Of a stretch of 52,292 nt of DNA, positions 9,578 to 20,630 are shown one piece after another; positions within the stretch are counted from its first letter, which is position 1, and every line of letters begins with the position of its first letter. Origin of the DNA: Microcystaceae cyanobacterium. GTDB lineage: Bacteria > Cyanobacteriota > Cyanobacteriia > Cyanobacteriales > Microcystaceae. The stretch covers positions 1 to 52,292 of the forward strand of contig JBGTGT010000016.1 of assembly GCA_041746575.1 (NCBI GenBank), read 5' to 3'. The position numbers and the translations under genes were made by a program. The notes under the pieces were generated by a model, which was not told where the DNA came from, did not search any database, and saw only the letters and a list, made by a program, of their open reading frames with translations.

Positions 9578-11716
9578 ATGCCGACTTTTCTCCTCGAAAT
9601 TGGGACAGAAGAATTACCTGCCGATTTTATTGATAGCGCGATCGCTCAATGGCAACAGCGCATCCCTCAAACCCTGAGCGAACAATTCCTTTTTCCCAAT
9701 CATATCAACGTATATGGCACGCCGCGACGCTTAGCCGTTGTGATTGACGGTTTACCCCCCCAACAGGAAGATCGAGAAGAGGAGATAAAAGGACCACCCG
9801 TTAAAGCGGCTTTTCAAAATGGCAAACCGACCGCCGCCGCCCAAGGATTTGCTAAAAAACAAGGAATTAGCCTCGAAGATTTTGAAATTCGGGATACCGA
9901 TAAAGGTGAATTTATCTTTATTCACAAAAAAATGGCAGGTCGCAAAATAGAAGATATTTTAATTGAATTGAGTTTTATTTGGTTGAATGGCTTAGAAGGG
10001 CAGCGTTTTATGCGTTGGGGTGACGGAGATTTACGTTTTCCTCGTCCTATCCGTTGGTTAGTGGCGTTACTTGATAATGCTGTTTTACCACTAACATGGG
10101 TAAATGGCTCAACGTCTTTACAAAGCGATCGCACGTCTTATGGTCATCGTATCTTATCCCCTGCTCCGATCACCCTTACCACTGCCGCCGATTACCGTGC
10201 CACCTTAAAATCAGCCTATGTAATGGTCGATCCGATTGAGCGAAAACAAATAATTCAAGAACAAATTCAATTATTACCCGAAATTTTTCAAGGAATTACT
10301 GAAATAAACCCTGCTTTACTGGCAGAAGTAACTAACTTAGTTGAGTATCCTACCGCCATCGTGGGTAAATTTGATGAAGACTTTCTCAAGCTACCGATGG
10401 AAGTCATCACCACTGTGATGGTAAAACATCAGCGATATTTTCCGATAAAAAACTCAAATAAAGAATTATTACCTAGCTTTATCACAATATCTAACGGCGA
10501 TCCTGCTAAATCTTCGATTATCTCTGCAGGAAATGAACGAGTGATCCGTGCGCGCCTAGCCGATGGTCAATTTTTCTACCAAGCTGATTGTGATCAATCC
10601 CTCGAAAGTTACCTTCCTCAGCTAGAAACCGTCACATTCCAAGAAGAATTAGGAACAATGCGGGATAAGGTTGATCGTTTGATGGAAATTGCCCTCCAGA
10701 TAGCCGAGCAGTTGGATCTCGATGACCAAAATCGTAGCGATATTGAAAGTACAGCCATGTTGTGTAAAGCCGATCTCGTCACGCAAATGGTCTATGAATT
10801 TCCTGAATTACAGGGCATTATGGGACAAAAATACGCCTTAGTAAGCGGAGAATCTCCCCAAGTCGCTAAGGGTATCTTTGACCACTATTTACCTCGTACT
10901 GCGGATGATCGGCTTCCTGATTCTTTAACGGGGCAAGTGGTAGGGATTGCTGACCGCCTTGATACATTAGTTTCAATTTTTGGTTTGGGGCTGATTCCTT
11001 CTGGTTCATCTGATCCCTTCGCTTTACGTCGCGCGGCCAATGCGGTTATTAGCATTACTTGGTACGCTCAATTAAGCTTAAATTTAGGGCAATTATTAGA
11101 ACAAAGTAGCAAAGATTTCGTAACGGCTCACCCTGATCAAGCATCTCCCTTAGGAGCATTGAATTCTTTCTTTATTCAACGGATGCAAACCCTTTTGCAA
11201 GAGGATTTAAACATTGATTATGATTTAGTGAATGCCGTCTTAGGGGATAATGATCCCGATTACAGCCAACGCGCCTTAGACGATTTATTAGATGTGCGAG
11301 ATCGCGCCCAATTTTTGCAAGAAACTCGTCAAAATGGTCAATTAAACCAAATTTATGAAACCGTCAATCGCTCAGCGCGGTTAAGTCTTAAGGGGAATTT
11401 GGATACGCAAATTTTAGACCCCAGCATTGTAATTGAGCCAAATTTATTTGAAAAACCCTCAGAAAATGCTTTTTATGAAGCCTTACTAAAGCTATTTCCT
11501 CAAACCGAAGCCGCACAAACAGAGAGAAACTATCAATTATTGGTGGATGGGTTAACAGCGATCGCACCGACAGTGAGTCAATTCTTTGACGGAGAAGACA
11601 GCGTTTTAGTGATGGCAGATGACGAAAAAGTGCGGCAAAATCGCCTAAATCTACTGGGATTACTACGAAATCATGCCCGTACATTAGCAGACTTTGGGGA
11701 AATTGTAAAAGCTTAG
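9578..11716 (+). CDS. glyS: Glycine--tRNA ligase beta subunit
   Basis: Motifs [21 protein letters not shown] and [13 protein letters not shown]. Confidence 0.97.
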   Translation: MPTFLLEIGTEELPADFIDSAIAQWQQRIPQTLSEQFLFPNHINVYGTPRRLAVVIDGLPPQQEDREEEIKGPPVKAAFQNGKPTAAAQGFAKKQGISLEDFEIRDTDKGEFIFIHKKMAGRKIEDILIELSFIWLNGLEGQRFMRWGDGDLRFPRPIRWLVALLDNAVLPLTWVNGSTSLQSDRTSYGHRILSPAPITLTTAADYRATLKSAYVMVDPIERKQIIQEQIQLLPEIFQGITEINPALLAEVTNLVEYPTAIVGKFDEDFLKLPMEVITTVMVKHQRYFPIKNSNKELLPSFITISNGDPAKSSIISAGNERVIRARLADGQFFYQADCDQSLESYLPQLETVTFQEELGTMRDKVDRLMEIALQIAEQLDLDDQNRSDIESTAMLCKADLVTQMVYEFPELQGIMGQKYALVSGESPQVAKGIFDHYLPRTADDRLPDSLTGQVVGIADRLDTLVSIFGLGLIPSGSSDPFALRRAANAVISITWYAQLSLNLGQLLEQSSKDFVTAHPDQASPLGALNSFFIQRMQTLLQEDLNIDYDLVNAVLGDNDPDYSQRALDDLLDVRDRAQFLQETRQNGQLNQIYETVNRSARLSLKGNLDTQILDPSIVIEPNLFEKPSENAFYEALLKLFPQTEAAQTERNYQLLVDGLTAIAPTVSQFFDGEDSVLVMADDEKVRQNRLNLLGLLRNHARTLADFGEIVKA

Positions 11717-11818
11717 AAAATCTTAGTAAAAGTAAAAGCGTTAAAAAGCTTCTATGTTCTGTTCCTTCCTCTCAATGGTATAATCAGTTTAATTTAACGA
11801 CAATCAGAGAAAACTGCT

Positions 11819-12910
11819 GTGGTTCAAGTCCCCATTGCCTCTCAATCTTTCACCTTGCCAAAAGATACCGAATCCCTACATCATTGGCTGAATTCCCTCG
11901 CAAATCGTATTATTTCGGGTTATATCCTCAATCGCTCAGAAGCCCTGATTCTCAGCGCAATTGAAGGACAGGATAATATCTTAGCCCTTTGTGAAGCCGC
12001 CGACCAAATTCGTCAAGCTTGTTGCGGTAATGTGGTGGACTTATGCAGTATTGGCAATATTAAATCAGGAAATTGTTCGGAAAACTGTGGTTTTTGCGCC
12101 CAATCAGCCCATCATCCCGGAGAAGATTCTCCTGTCTACTCATTACAATCCTCTGAATCCATTCTCGCCCAAGCCAAAGCCGCCGAATCAGCCGGAGCAA
12201 GACGATTTTGTATGGTAAGTCAAGGGAGAGGCATCAAATATAATAGCCCCAAATCCCAAGAATTCGAGCAAATTCTCGAAACCGTTCGCCTAATCATCCA
12301 AGAAACCCAAATTAAACCTTGTTGTGCTTTGGGAGAAATCACCCTCGAACAAGCCCAAGCCTTGAAAGAAGCAGGCGTAACCCGTTATAATCATAACCTA
12401 GAATCCTCAGAAGCCTTTTATGCTCACATTGTCAGTACCCACAGTTGGCAAGATCGGGTAAAAACCGTTAAAAACCTTAAATCCGTCGGTATTCAAGCCT
12501 GTACAGGTGGAATTATCGGGATGGGGGAAAGTTGGGCAGATCGGATTGACTTAGCCCTTGCATTGCGGGAATTAGACGTAGAATCCGTCCCGATTAACCT
12601 TTTAAACCCCAGAGAAGGCACTCCTTTAGAAAATCGCCCTCGATTAAACCCCTATGAAGCCTTAAAAGCGATCGCTATCTTTCGTTTTATTCTACCGCAC
12701 CCAATTCTTCGTTATGCGGGGGGTAGAGAGGCAGTAATGGGAGAATTACAGGCATTAGGGCTAAAATCTGGCATCAATGCCCTGTTAATTGGCCACTATC
12801 TCACCACTTTAGGTCAACCACCCGCACAAGATCACGCTATGCTTGAATCGTTAGGATTAAAAGGCGGAGAAACCCCCATCAATCGTGAGTACCCATCGCA
12901 GACGCACTAA
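11819..12910 (+). CDS. bioB: Biotin synthase
   Basis: Radical-SAM CSENCGFC, plus YNHNLE and LRYAGGRE. Confidence 0.96.
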   Translation: MVQVPIASQSFTLPKDTESLHHWLNSLANRIISGYILNRSEALILSAIEGQDNILALCEAADQIRQACCGNVVDLCSIGNIKSGNCSENCGFCAQSAHHPGEDSPVYSLQSSESILAQAKAAESAGARRFCMVSQGRGIKYNSPKSQEFEQILETVRLIIQETQIKPCCALGEITLEQAQALKEAGVTRYNHNLESSEAFYAHIVSTHSWQDRVKTVKNLKSVGIQACTGGIIGMGESWADRIDLALALRELDVESVPINLLNPREGTPLENRPRLNPYEALKAIAIFRFILPHPILRYAGGREAVMGELQALGLKSGINALLIGHYLTTLGQPPAQDHAMLESLGLKGGETPINREYPSQTH

Positions 12911-13532
12911 ACCCCAAGATCAAGATTCATCCTTGAAGATATCACCCCCTGCCCTCTTTCTTTGGGCAGTCATCGGTTTGCTTTTAACCATCATCGCCAC
13001 CTTTATTGAGGTATTTATGACGAATTCCCCTTGGCAATGGGCAGAAAAAGGGATTCACTCCCAATCATTGGGCATTACCTATCAAATTGGGGCGGTTTTA
13101 TTAACAGGTTGTATGGGGGGGAAAAATGCGGGGGCATTATCCCAAATTGCTTATGTAATGTTAGGTTTATTTTGGTTGCCCGTTTTTGCGCAAGGCGGCG
13201 GCATAGATTATCTCTATGAACCCAGTTTTGGTTATTTGTTAGGCTTTATTCCGGGGGCATGGTTATGCGGTTGGTTAGCCTTTCGTCAGCGTCCAAAAAT
13301 CGAATGGTTTGCCTTCAGTTCTTTAGGGGGTTTGTTGGTGATTCATATTTGTGGATTAGGCTATTTACTCAGTTTATTTCTCTTAAAATCGGAGAATTCT
13401 CCCGTCGCTAGTATGGGAAATTTAAGAGATTTAATTTATCATTACTCTATCAGTCCTTTTTTAGGTCAATTAATTATTGTTTGCGTCATTTCAGTGCTAG
13501 CTTTTCTGTTGAGAAAATTGTTATTTTATTAA
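12885..13532 (+). CDS. bioY: Biotin transporter
   Basis: Hydrophobic; LPVFAQGGG..PSFGYLLGF; directly after bioB. Confidence 0.9.
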   Translation: MSTHRRRTKPQDQDSSLKISPPALFLWAVIGLLLTIIATFIEVFMTNSPWQWAEKGIHSQSLGITYQIGAVLLTGCMGGKNAGALSQIAYVMLGLFWLPVFAQGGGIDYLYEPSFGYLLGFIPGAWLCGWLAFRQRPKIEWFAFSSLGGLLVIHICGLGYLLSLFLLKSENSPVASMGNLRDLIYHYSISPFLGQLIIVCVISVLAFLLRKLLFY

Positions 13533-13538
13533 AATTTT

Positions 13539-14018
13539 ATGCAGAAAAATAAATACTTTTGGCTCATGGGTATTGTTGGTTTATTTTTAGACCAAATTAC
13601 TAAATTCTGGGTAGTTCAAACCTTTAAAAAAGTGGGGGACTCTTTGCCCCTTCTACCCAATATTTTTCATTTTACTTATGTTATTAATACAGGGGCGGCC
13701 TTTAGTTTTTTTCAAGGGGGAGTCGGTTGGCTAAAATGGCTATCCTTAGCAGTAAGTATTCTCTTAATGGTGTGGGCATGGCGAGGCGCGAAAATGAGCG
13801 TTATAGAACAATGGGGTTATGGTTTTATCTTAGCTGGAGCATTGGGTAATGGTATTGATCGTTTTTTATTTGGCTATGTGGTGGATTTTCTGGATTTCCG
13901 TTTGATTAATTTCCCAGTATTTAATTTAGCCGATACTTTTATCAATATGGGCATTATTTGTTTACTGATATTTAGCTTTCCCCTTCCCAAAAATAGAACA
14001 CAAAAAATCGAAGACTAA
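13539..14018 (+). CDS. lspA: Lipoprotein signal peptidase II
   Basis: Motifs DQITK, NTGAAF, GALGNGIDR, VVDF and VFNLAD. Confidence 0.96.
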   Translation: MQKNKYFWLMGIVGLFLDQITKFWVVQTFKKVGDSLPLLPNIFHFTYVINTGAAFSFFQGGVGWLKWLSLAVSILLMVWAWRGAKMSVIEQWGYGFILAGALGNGIDRFLFGYVVDFLDFRLINFPVFNLADTFINMGIICLLIFSFPLPKNRTQKIED

Positions 14019-14085
14019 AAACTTTTCAATATAACCAAGTTTGCGCCCAGAAGTGTACGATATTAACGCGCAATGTGCTGTCTGA

Positions 14086-16071
14086 TTAGTCATCCCCGGT
14101 TAACCAGAGACTTTCATAGGGAGCTAAGTATAATCTAGCTTCTGCAATATTAAGAGAACTCCCTTCCGCCAGTAAATTTTTAACTTCGCCAACAACTCCC
14201 ACCGAAGATAATAAATGATAGCTAACAGACTGCCAATGATCGTCAAAATTTGCTAGGATCATCACCGTTCTTTCTGGCCGTTTTCGCGTTAGAGCAAACA
14301 CATGATCGTTGTCTGTCCATGTTGGGTGCATGAAGGCAAAACTGTGTAAAAGAGAGGTCGATTGACGTACCTTAATTAAGTGAAGAATTCCTTGATAAAT
14401 TCGCCCTTCAATGGTATCTAAATCATGGCGTCTAGCGACTTTTTGCCAATCCATAGACGGTCGATGTAACCAGCGACTATCTTTGGCCTTGATGGGGTCA
14501 TTTTGGTAAGTATAATCGTTCAATAAGCCGATTTCATCCCCCATATAAATTAGAGGAATTCCGCCGCGAAACATAATGACGCTATACAGTAAAAGAATGC
14601 GTCGAATCGCTAAATCGATGGCGGGTTGATCTTGATTTTCGATGGCTAATTCTAACCCTGCTAAGGCGGCCGTTGTGCCGCTAATTCGAGCATCTTGAGT
14701 GAGAGGATTAAAGCTAAACAGCGATCCTTTAGAAAAAGAACCTGAAAAGTTACCAGAATAAAAGTTAATCAAAAATTGACGGTGTAAGAAAGGATTTTCG
14801 CCAATTTCTGCTAAATCATCATCAGCCATCGCCCAACCAATATCGTCATGATTGCGGACGTAGGTGACTGTACTTGCGCCAATAAAGAGGGGAGGGGTAC
14901 GCTTATGAAAAACATAAGAAAGAAGGGTTGCTTTGTGGGTAGCCAAGCTACTCCAGAGATTCACCATTAATTGATTGTTATAAGCCAATTCACATTGTTT
15001 GCCCGTGGTTTTTTTGACACCAATATATTGTTGGAGTTGATTGGGTGGCACAATGGCTTCTGCTTTAAAAATAACCGCCGGGGCAACGATCCGCATTAAT
15101 CCTCGAAATGCTTGGACTAATTTGAATACTTCGGGTTGATTTTGGCAGTCTGTTCCCAGTTTCTTCCAAATAAAGGGAACGGCATCTAATCTCAAGATAT
15201 CCACCCCCTGATTGACTAAGAAGAACATGATATCAATCATTTCTCGAAAAACGGCGGGATTGGTGTAATTCAAATCCCATTGATAATTCATAAACGTCGT
15301 CCACACCCAACGGCCATTGCCTGTCATGTCGGGATACCATGTAAAACTACCGGGGGCTTCATCGGGGAAAATCTCAGGAAGGGTTCTCTCGAAGACATCA
15401 GGTAAGGTGCGATCGCTAAAGGTGTAGTAATATTCAAGGTATTTTTCTTCACCAGTTAACGCTTTTTGCGCCCATTCGTGTTCTTTTGCCGTATGGTTCA
15501 TTACTAAATCCACACAGAGAGAAATACCCCGTTTGCGTAAATCCGTCGCTAAGGCTTTGAGGTCATCTATTGTCCCTAATTCGGGCTTAATGGTGCGATA
15601 ATCCATCACTGCATACCCCCCATCATTGGGGGCAGGACGAGCCTGAAGAATGGGCATCAAATGCAGGTAGGTAATGCCTAATTCTTTGAGATAGGGGATT
15701 TTTTCGCGTACTCCCCTTAAATTTCCGGCAAATAAGTCGGGATAGCACACATAACCAATCATTCTTGAGCGTTCAAACCAATCAGGGGTGAACTGTCGTT
15801 CTAAGTCGAGCGTGCGTAAAATTTCCGATCTTTCAGAATAAGCGGCAATAATTTGCACAAATAAGGCTTCAATCTGTTCATTGTAATCAGCGCGAGCGCC
15901 ATAGAGCTCTTGTAGGGGATAATAAATATCTTCAAAATATCTTTCACAGCGCAACCAGAAGATATCGGCATCTCTTGCCGTGCAATGCCCTGCTAATTTA
16001 GCAAAATAACGCTTTTTTAGCCACAAAAACAGTGTTCGGGTTTCGTCGGACATTTGAAGGACATTGTGCAT
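14086..16071 (-). CDS. Amylosucrase-like GH13 enzyme
   Basis: NDGGYAV, catalytic RLDAVPF and FKAEAIV, RNHDDIGW, and DSRWLHRP. Confidence 0.85.
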   Translation of the reverse strand: MHNVLQMSDETRTLFLWLKKRYFAKLAGHCTARDADIFWLRCERYFEDIYYPLQELYGARADYNEQIEALFVQIIAAYSERSEILRTLDLERQFTPDWFERSRMIGYVCYPDLFAGNLRGVREKIPYLKELGITYLHLMPILQARPAPNDGGYAVMDYRTIKPELGTIDDLKALATDLRKRGISLCVDLVMNHTAKEHEWAQKALTGEEKYLEYYYTFSDRTLPDVFERTLPEIFPDEAPGSFTWYPDMTGNGRWVWTTFMNYQWDLNYTNPAVFREMIDIMFFLVNQGVDILRLDAVPFIWKKLGTDCQNQPEVFKLVQAFRGLMRIVAPAVIFKAEAIVPPNQLQQYIGVKKTTGKQCELAYNNQLMVNLWSSLATHKATLLSYVFHKRTPPLFIGASTVTYVRNHDDIGWAMADDDLAEIGENPFLHRQFLINFYSGNFSGSFSKGSLFSFNPLTQDARISGTTAALAGLELAIENQDQPAIDLAIRRILLLYSVIMFRGGIPLIYMGDEIGLLNDYTYQNDPIKAKDSRWLHRPSMDWQKVARRHDLDTIEGRIYQGILHLIKVRQSTSLLHSFAFMHPTWTDNDHVFALTRKRPERTVMILANFDDHWQSVSYHLLSSVGVVGEVKNLLAEGSSLNIAEARLYLAPYESLWLTGDD

Positions 16072-16121
16072 AATTCAGGCGTTAAAAAAAGAATGATTCG
16101 GACTGATGACGATTGACTGCA

Positions 16122-17723
16122 TTAATCTTGCCAAAAAACGATGGATTCGCTGAGGGGTTGAATCGTTGTCCCCGGATAGTAAAAAGCGAGAATTTGGGCG
16201 GCACTCCAGCCTAAATTAGCCAAATTATAAGAACCAAATTGACTTAAACCGACGCCATGTCCAAATCCACCTCCGACAAAGATGTAGGCAGTGAGCTTTT
16301 GCTTTTCGTCGTAAATAGGTTCTAGGTAAAATAAAGTGCTACGAGGGGGCGCAAATGCACTTCGAGCTTCGTTTTTGTGTAATTCTAACACGCCTTTATC
16401 GGTATAGACAGTCAGGGTGAGAATTCGGCCAGAAGGCGATCGCTCTGTGACGTCCATTTCTAAAATCGTGGCGAAATCCGCTAAAGGATGGTTTCGATTG
16501 GTCAAATATTGCTTTAAATCTTTATTTAAGTCTTCAAGACTGCTTTTCATTTTCCAACGAAAGACTTTGCGCCCTGTTTCATTAAACCCTTGATTTAAGC
16601 CGATAAACTCTCGAAAGGCGTTCTCATTGGCTAAGGATTTTTGCGATAAATTCCAAAGATTGCCTTGAGGCGAATCAATAATCGCTTTGAGATAGGGACG
16701 TTCTTCCCCATTCCAAACATCATTAAAACGGGCAGTTACCCCCCCTGTCGTGGACGAATAGAGGGCATCCACCAGTTCATTATGATAGGTTAAGACAAGT
16801 CCTGCTGTTGCGGCGATCGCACTATCGGCTTGAGGACTTACCTCACTGAGACCATAGTAAACTTGACAGTGGATAGTAGCGCATAATTCGTAATTATCAG
16901 CTTTAAATCGTCTCAAGTTTCGTAGAGCATAGGTTCTCGCAATAATTGTTTGAGCTTTTGCCGCATTGATGGGTGCAGATGCCCCAATTTCGTGGGGGAC
17001 GACACCCCGTAAATAGGTTTCGAGGGGAACTTGATTGACAAGGGTATAATTAAGGTAAGAATTGGGCTGTAATTTGAGGCTTCCTCCAAAAATAAGCGGT
17101 TTGTTTTTATTTTCTTGCACTTGAACCCGATTTTGTCCTGACGTGATGTCGAGGGATTCCGTCATGTAGTTGACGCCGTTAACGGTTAAGGTCGCTTGAT
17201 ATTTACTGGATACCGCAGAAGAATCGAGATAAGGGGTTTTAAATCCTTTTTCCCGCAGACTTTGTAGGAGTAAGCGACGCAGTAAGGGGGTTTGATAGAC
17301 ATCCCGTTTTGCCCACACCTGCCAGCGATCGGGTTGGGTGATTTCTACAGGAATTCCCCGTTTTTTCCATTGATTAGCACTATCTTCAGCCGTTTCAAAG
17401 GTAGAATGATCGCTTAACACGACTTTTTCGGCAATAACAGGGATAGGATAAGCAATGGGATGAATAGTGACGGTTGCTTGAGAGGTTTGCAGCGTTTGAG
17501 GGCGACCTTTACTATCAGTAAATTTTAGCGTTAATATATCTCCTTTCAAACTACTGAGGTTCAAAATGTCCTGTTTTTCGTCACCGAATCGCTGGACAAT
17601 GCCCACTTTAATCTCTATGTCTTTTGCAGAAACAGGTTGATTATGTCCATAACTCCACCAAATCGGGAACAATAAGGCAATTTTTAGCAGAAATTTTTGA
17701 TTAAAAGCAATAAAACTCAACAT
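16122..17723 (-). CDS. SpoIID/LytB domain protein
   Basis: Motifs LETYLRGVVPHE, KAQTIIARTYA, CQVY and GFGHGVGLSQFG. Confidence 0.9.
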   Translation of the reverse strand: MLSFIAFNQKFLLKIALLFPIWWSYGHNQPVSAKDIEIKVGIVQRFGDEKQDILNLSSLKGDILTLKFTDSKGRPQTLQTSQATVTIHPIAYPIPVIAEKVVLSDHSTFETAEDSANQWKKRGIPVEITQPDRWQVWAKRDVYQTPLLRRLLLQSLREKGFKTPYLDSSAVSSKYQATLTVNGVNYMTESLDITSGQNRVQVQENKNKPLIFGGSLKLQPNSYLNYTLVNQVPLETYLRGVVPHEIGASAPINAAKAQTIIARTYALRNLRRFKADNYELCATIHCQVYYGLSEVSPQADSAIAATAGLVLTYHNELVDALYSSTTGGVTARFNDVWNGEERPYLKAIIDSPQGNLWNLSQKSLANENAFREFIGLNQGFNETGRKVFRWKMKSSLEDLNKDLKQYLTNRNHPLADFATILEMDVTERSPSGRILTLTVYTDKGVLELHKNEARSAFAPPRSTLFYLEPIYDEKQKLTAYIFVGGGFGHGVGLSQFGSYNLANLGWSAAQILAFYYPGTTIQPLSESIVFWQD

Positions 17724-17795
17724 TTTTATTGATTTGAGGTTTTAGAGAGTCCATCTTGATAACGGGTTGATCTTTTCTAATTTACCATTCTTAAT

Positions 17796-18725
17796 TTACA
17801 ATTCCTCATCCTGTCGACTGCCAAATAAATGGGCATAAACGTAAGTAAATTCACATCCCAAGAAAAAGATTTGAAAGGTGAGATAAATCCATAACATCAA
17901 GACCATAACACCGCCTAAGACCCCATAAGCTCGAAATTGTTCCCCGATGCCAACGATGCCGCTTCCGACTAATTTTTGCAGTAACATATACAAACCCACG
18001 GCAATCATCGAACCCAGCCAAATATCGCCCCATTTAATCTTTATCGTGGGTAAAATTTTGTATAAACTCATCACGACTGCTGTCAGCAAGAAAAACGTAA
18101 TCCCCGTTTGTAATCCTCTGACTAATAGCACCAAATCCACATTAAACCAATTGACTGCCTCTTCAAATCGTTTTAGGATTTCTAAAATCACCCGAACAGC
18201 AATATTGGAAATCAAAGAGATAAATAAAAGAGCAGAAGTTCCTAAAATGAGGGCAAAAGCTAATATTTTTCCGGAAACGAAGTCCTTAACCAGATGAATC
18301 ATACCTTGATTTTCTCTTTTGGGGCTAGCGGCGTGCCAGATTTTATCCACTGAGCGGTCAAGGACATCGAAAATTCGACTTGCAGTAAACAATAATAAGC
18401 CAAATCCCACTAATCCTGCCCCTAAACTACTACGATTGAGGTCTAAGAGAGTATTTCTTACAATTAGATAGGCTTCCTCGGGCAAACTGTCTTGGGCAAT
18501 ACGAATAAGTTGCAGATAAGCGTCATCATTCGTGCCTAAAATTGAGCCAAAAATACTCAAAATAATGATTAATAGCGGAAATAAAGAAAATAAGGCATAA
18601 TAAGCCAAGGCCGCACCCATTTCTGCGCAGTTATCTTGCTGCCACTTCATGACGGTTTTAATAATCAATTGCGCCCATTTAGCCGGTAAAATTTGATTTT
18701 TGATGAACTGAATGACGTTATCCAC
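17796..18725 (-). CDS. YihY/BrkB family membrane protein
   Basis: Motifs GAALAYYALFSLFP and YGVLGGVMVLMLWIY. Confidence 0.9.
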   Translation of the reverse strand: MDNVIQFIKNQILPAKWAQLIIKTVMKWQQDNCAEMGAALAYYALFSLFPLLIIILSIFGSILGTNDDAYLQLIRIAQDSLPEEAYLIVRNTLLDLNRSSLGAGLVGFGLLLFTASRIFDVLDRSVDKIWHAASPKRENQGMIHLVKDFVSGKILAFALILGTSALLFISLISNIAVRVILEILKRFEEAVNWFNVDLVLLVRGLQTGITFFLLTAVVMSLYKILPTIKIKWGDIWLGSMIAVGLYMLLQKLVGSGIVGIGEQFRAYGVLGGVMVLMLWIYLTFQIFFLGCEFTYVYAHLFGSRQDEEL

Positions 18726-18783
18726 GTTACCTTAGTCTGAAAAAATTGAAGGAAGAATGACGTTAATTTAACACGATTGTCGA

Positions 18784-19194
18784 TCAAGGATTAAGCGTAA
18801 AAGCATGGGGGAGCAAATCCGAGATTGCAAAAGTCTGATCGAGTCCGACGATAATAATTTCAGCATTGGGGGCTAATTCAGCAATCCACTGACGACAGGC
18901 TCCACAAGGCATTAAACTATTTCCCTGATGGGATTGTTGCATCTGTCCGTCTAGGCAAGCAATGGCAATGGCTTTGATGTTTTGTTCCCCTTGAGCGATC
19001 GCAACGGCAAAAGCTGATCTCTCAGCACACAGGGTTAAGCCGTAACTTGCATTTTCAATATTTGTGCCTGTATAAATTCCTTTTTCCCCTAAAATCGCCG
19101 CGCCGACCCTAAAATGGGAATAAGGGGCATAAGCCAATTGGGCTACTTTTTGAGCCGCCTGACTCAGTTGAGACCGTTTTTGAGAAGATAACAT
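18784..19194 (-). CDS. cdd: Cytidine deaminase
   Basis: Motifs AYAPYSHFRVGAA, NIENASY, CAER and PCGACRQ. Confidence 0.95.
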   Translation of the reverse strand: MLSSQKRSQLSQAAQKVAQLAYAPYSHFRVGAAILGEKGIYTGTNIENASYGLTLCAERSAFAVAIAQGEQNIKAIAIACLDGQMQQSHQGNSLMPCGACRQWIAELAPNAEIIIVGLDQTFAISDLLPHAFTLNP

Positions 19195-19301
19195 CAGCAA
19201 AGACCTTTTGAATAAACCCAAAAAAAAGACACTAAAGATATTTTACTGAGTTCAGCTAAACCCGTTATAGTAACGATGGACGAGATTTATGATTCACTGC
19301 T

Positions 19302-19784
19302 ATGATTCGCATTGGGAATGGTTACGATATTCACTGTTTAGCAGAAGGACGACCGTTAATTTTAGGAGGAGTGAACATTCCTCATCGGTTAGGATTATGG
19401 GGACATAGTGATGCAGACGTACTAACTCATGCCATGATGGATGCGATGTTAGGGGCATTGAGTTTAGGGGATATTGGGCATTATTTTCCCCCTTCAGACT
19501 CCAAATGGGCAGGTGCAGATAGTCTGGTTTTACTAAAACAGGTTAATGAACTTATTCTCGAAAAGGGTTGGCAAATTGGGAATATCGACTCTGTCATTGT
19601 CGCAGAGCAACCGAAGTTAAAACCTCATCTCAAAGCGATGCAGGAGAAATTAAGTCAGATTTTAGGGTTAGAATGCGATCAAGTGAGTATAAAAGCAACC
19701 ACCAATGAAAAACTCGGTCCCACAGGACGAGAAGAGGGAATTGCCGCCTATGCAGTGATTTTATTGATTAAGCAGGGGACGTGA
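19302..19784 (+). CDS. ispF: 2-C-methyl-D-erythritol 2,4-cyclodiphosphate synthase
   Basis: Motifs [16 protein letters not shown] and KATTNEKLG. Confidence 0.97.
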   Translation: MIRIGNGYDIHCLAEGRPLILGGVNIPHRLGLWGHSDADVLTHAMMDAMLGALSLGDIGHYFPPSDSKWAGADSLVLLKQVNELILEKGWQIGNIDSVIVAEQPKLKPHLKAMQEKLSQILGLECDQVSIKATTNEKLGPTGREEGIAAYAVILLIKQGT

Positions 19785-19855
19785 TACTCCACCTTAATAC
19801 CATTTAAGGGCATTTAACCTTTCAATGAGTTACTCGCAATATAAAGTACAAAGTC

Positions 19856-20620
19856 ATGGAAAACAACTTAATATTGCTTATCGGGGGCATTTTTTCGGGC
19901 TTATTAGCAGGATTGATGGGAATTGGTGGGGGTACCGTTTTAGTCCCCCTATTAGTTGGGTTGCAGTACACTCCTGTAGAGGCGGTTGCTACCAGTAGTT
20001 TAGCCATTGTGATGACCTCTTTATCAGGAAGTATTCAAAATTGGCGCATGGGTTATTTAGCAATGGACAAAGTCGTTGCAATGGGCATTCCAGCCCTTTT
20101 AACGGCTCAAATTGGGGTTAAACTAGCGAATCTATTACCCCCTTATCTATTATTAAATGCGTTTGGTTTATTTCTATTAATTAATATTACTCTAAGCCGC
20201 TTTCGTCGCCAATTAGCGCAGGGAGAAAAAGACGATGAGAAAGTGAATCAAAATCCCCTGCTAGCTCGTTTATTCACGGGAGGGAGTGCCGGAATTTTAG
20301 CAGGATTATTTGGTGTCGGTGGGGGGGTTATTATGGTGCCATTACAACTATTATGGTTAAATGAAGGGGTTAAAGTAGCTATTCAAACCAGTTTAGGGGT
20401 GATTGTGATAACGGCAGTGTCGGCTTGTTTTGGACACGCTTTAAACCATAACGTTTTGTGGATTCAAGGCCTATTATTAGGGATAGGAGGGTTAATGGGT
20501 GCGCAACTCAGTACCCGTTTCTTGCCTAGGTTATCCGATAAAGTCGTTATTACTTGTTTCAATACGCTCTTGATTTTATTGGCGATTTTTACGTTTTGGC
20601 AAGCAAGAAAGCTAGGCTAA
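19856..20620 (+). CDS. TauE/SafE (TSUP) family permease
   Basis: Duplicated GLxGxGGG..VP motifs; multi-pass hydrophobic protein. Confidence 0.9.
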   Translation: MENNLILLIGGIFSGLLAGLMGIGGGTVLVPLLVGLQYTPVEAVATSSLAIVMTSLSGSIQNWRMGYLAMDKVVAMGIPALLTAQIGVKLANLLPPYLLLNAFGLFLLINITLSRFRRQLAQGEKDDEKVNQNPLLARLFTGGSAGILAGLFGVGGGVIMVPLQLLWLNEGVKVAIQTSLGVIVITAVSACFGHALNHNVLWIQGLLLGIGGLMGAQLSTRFLPRLSDKVVITCFNTLLILLAIFTFWQARKLG

Positions 20621-20630
20621 ATTAGTTTTC

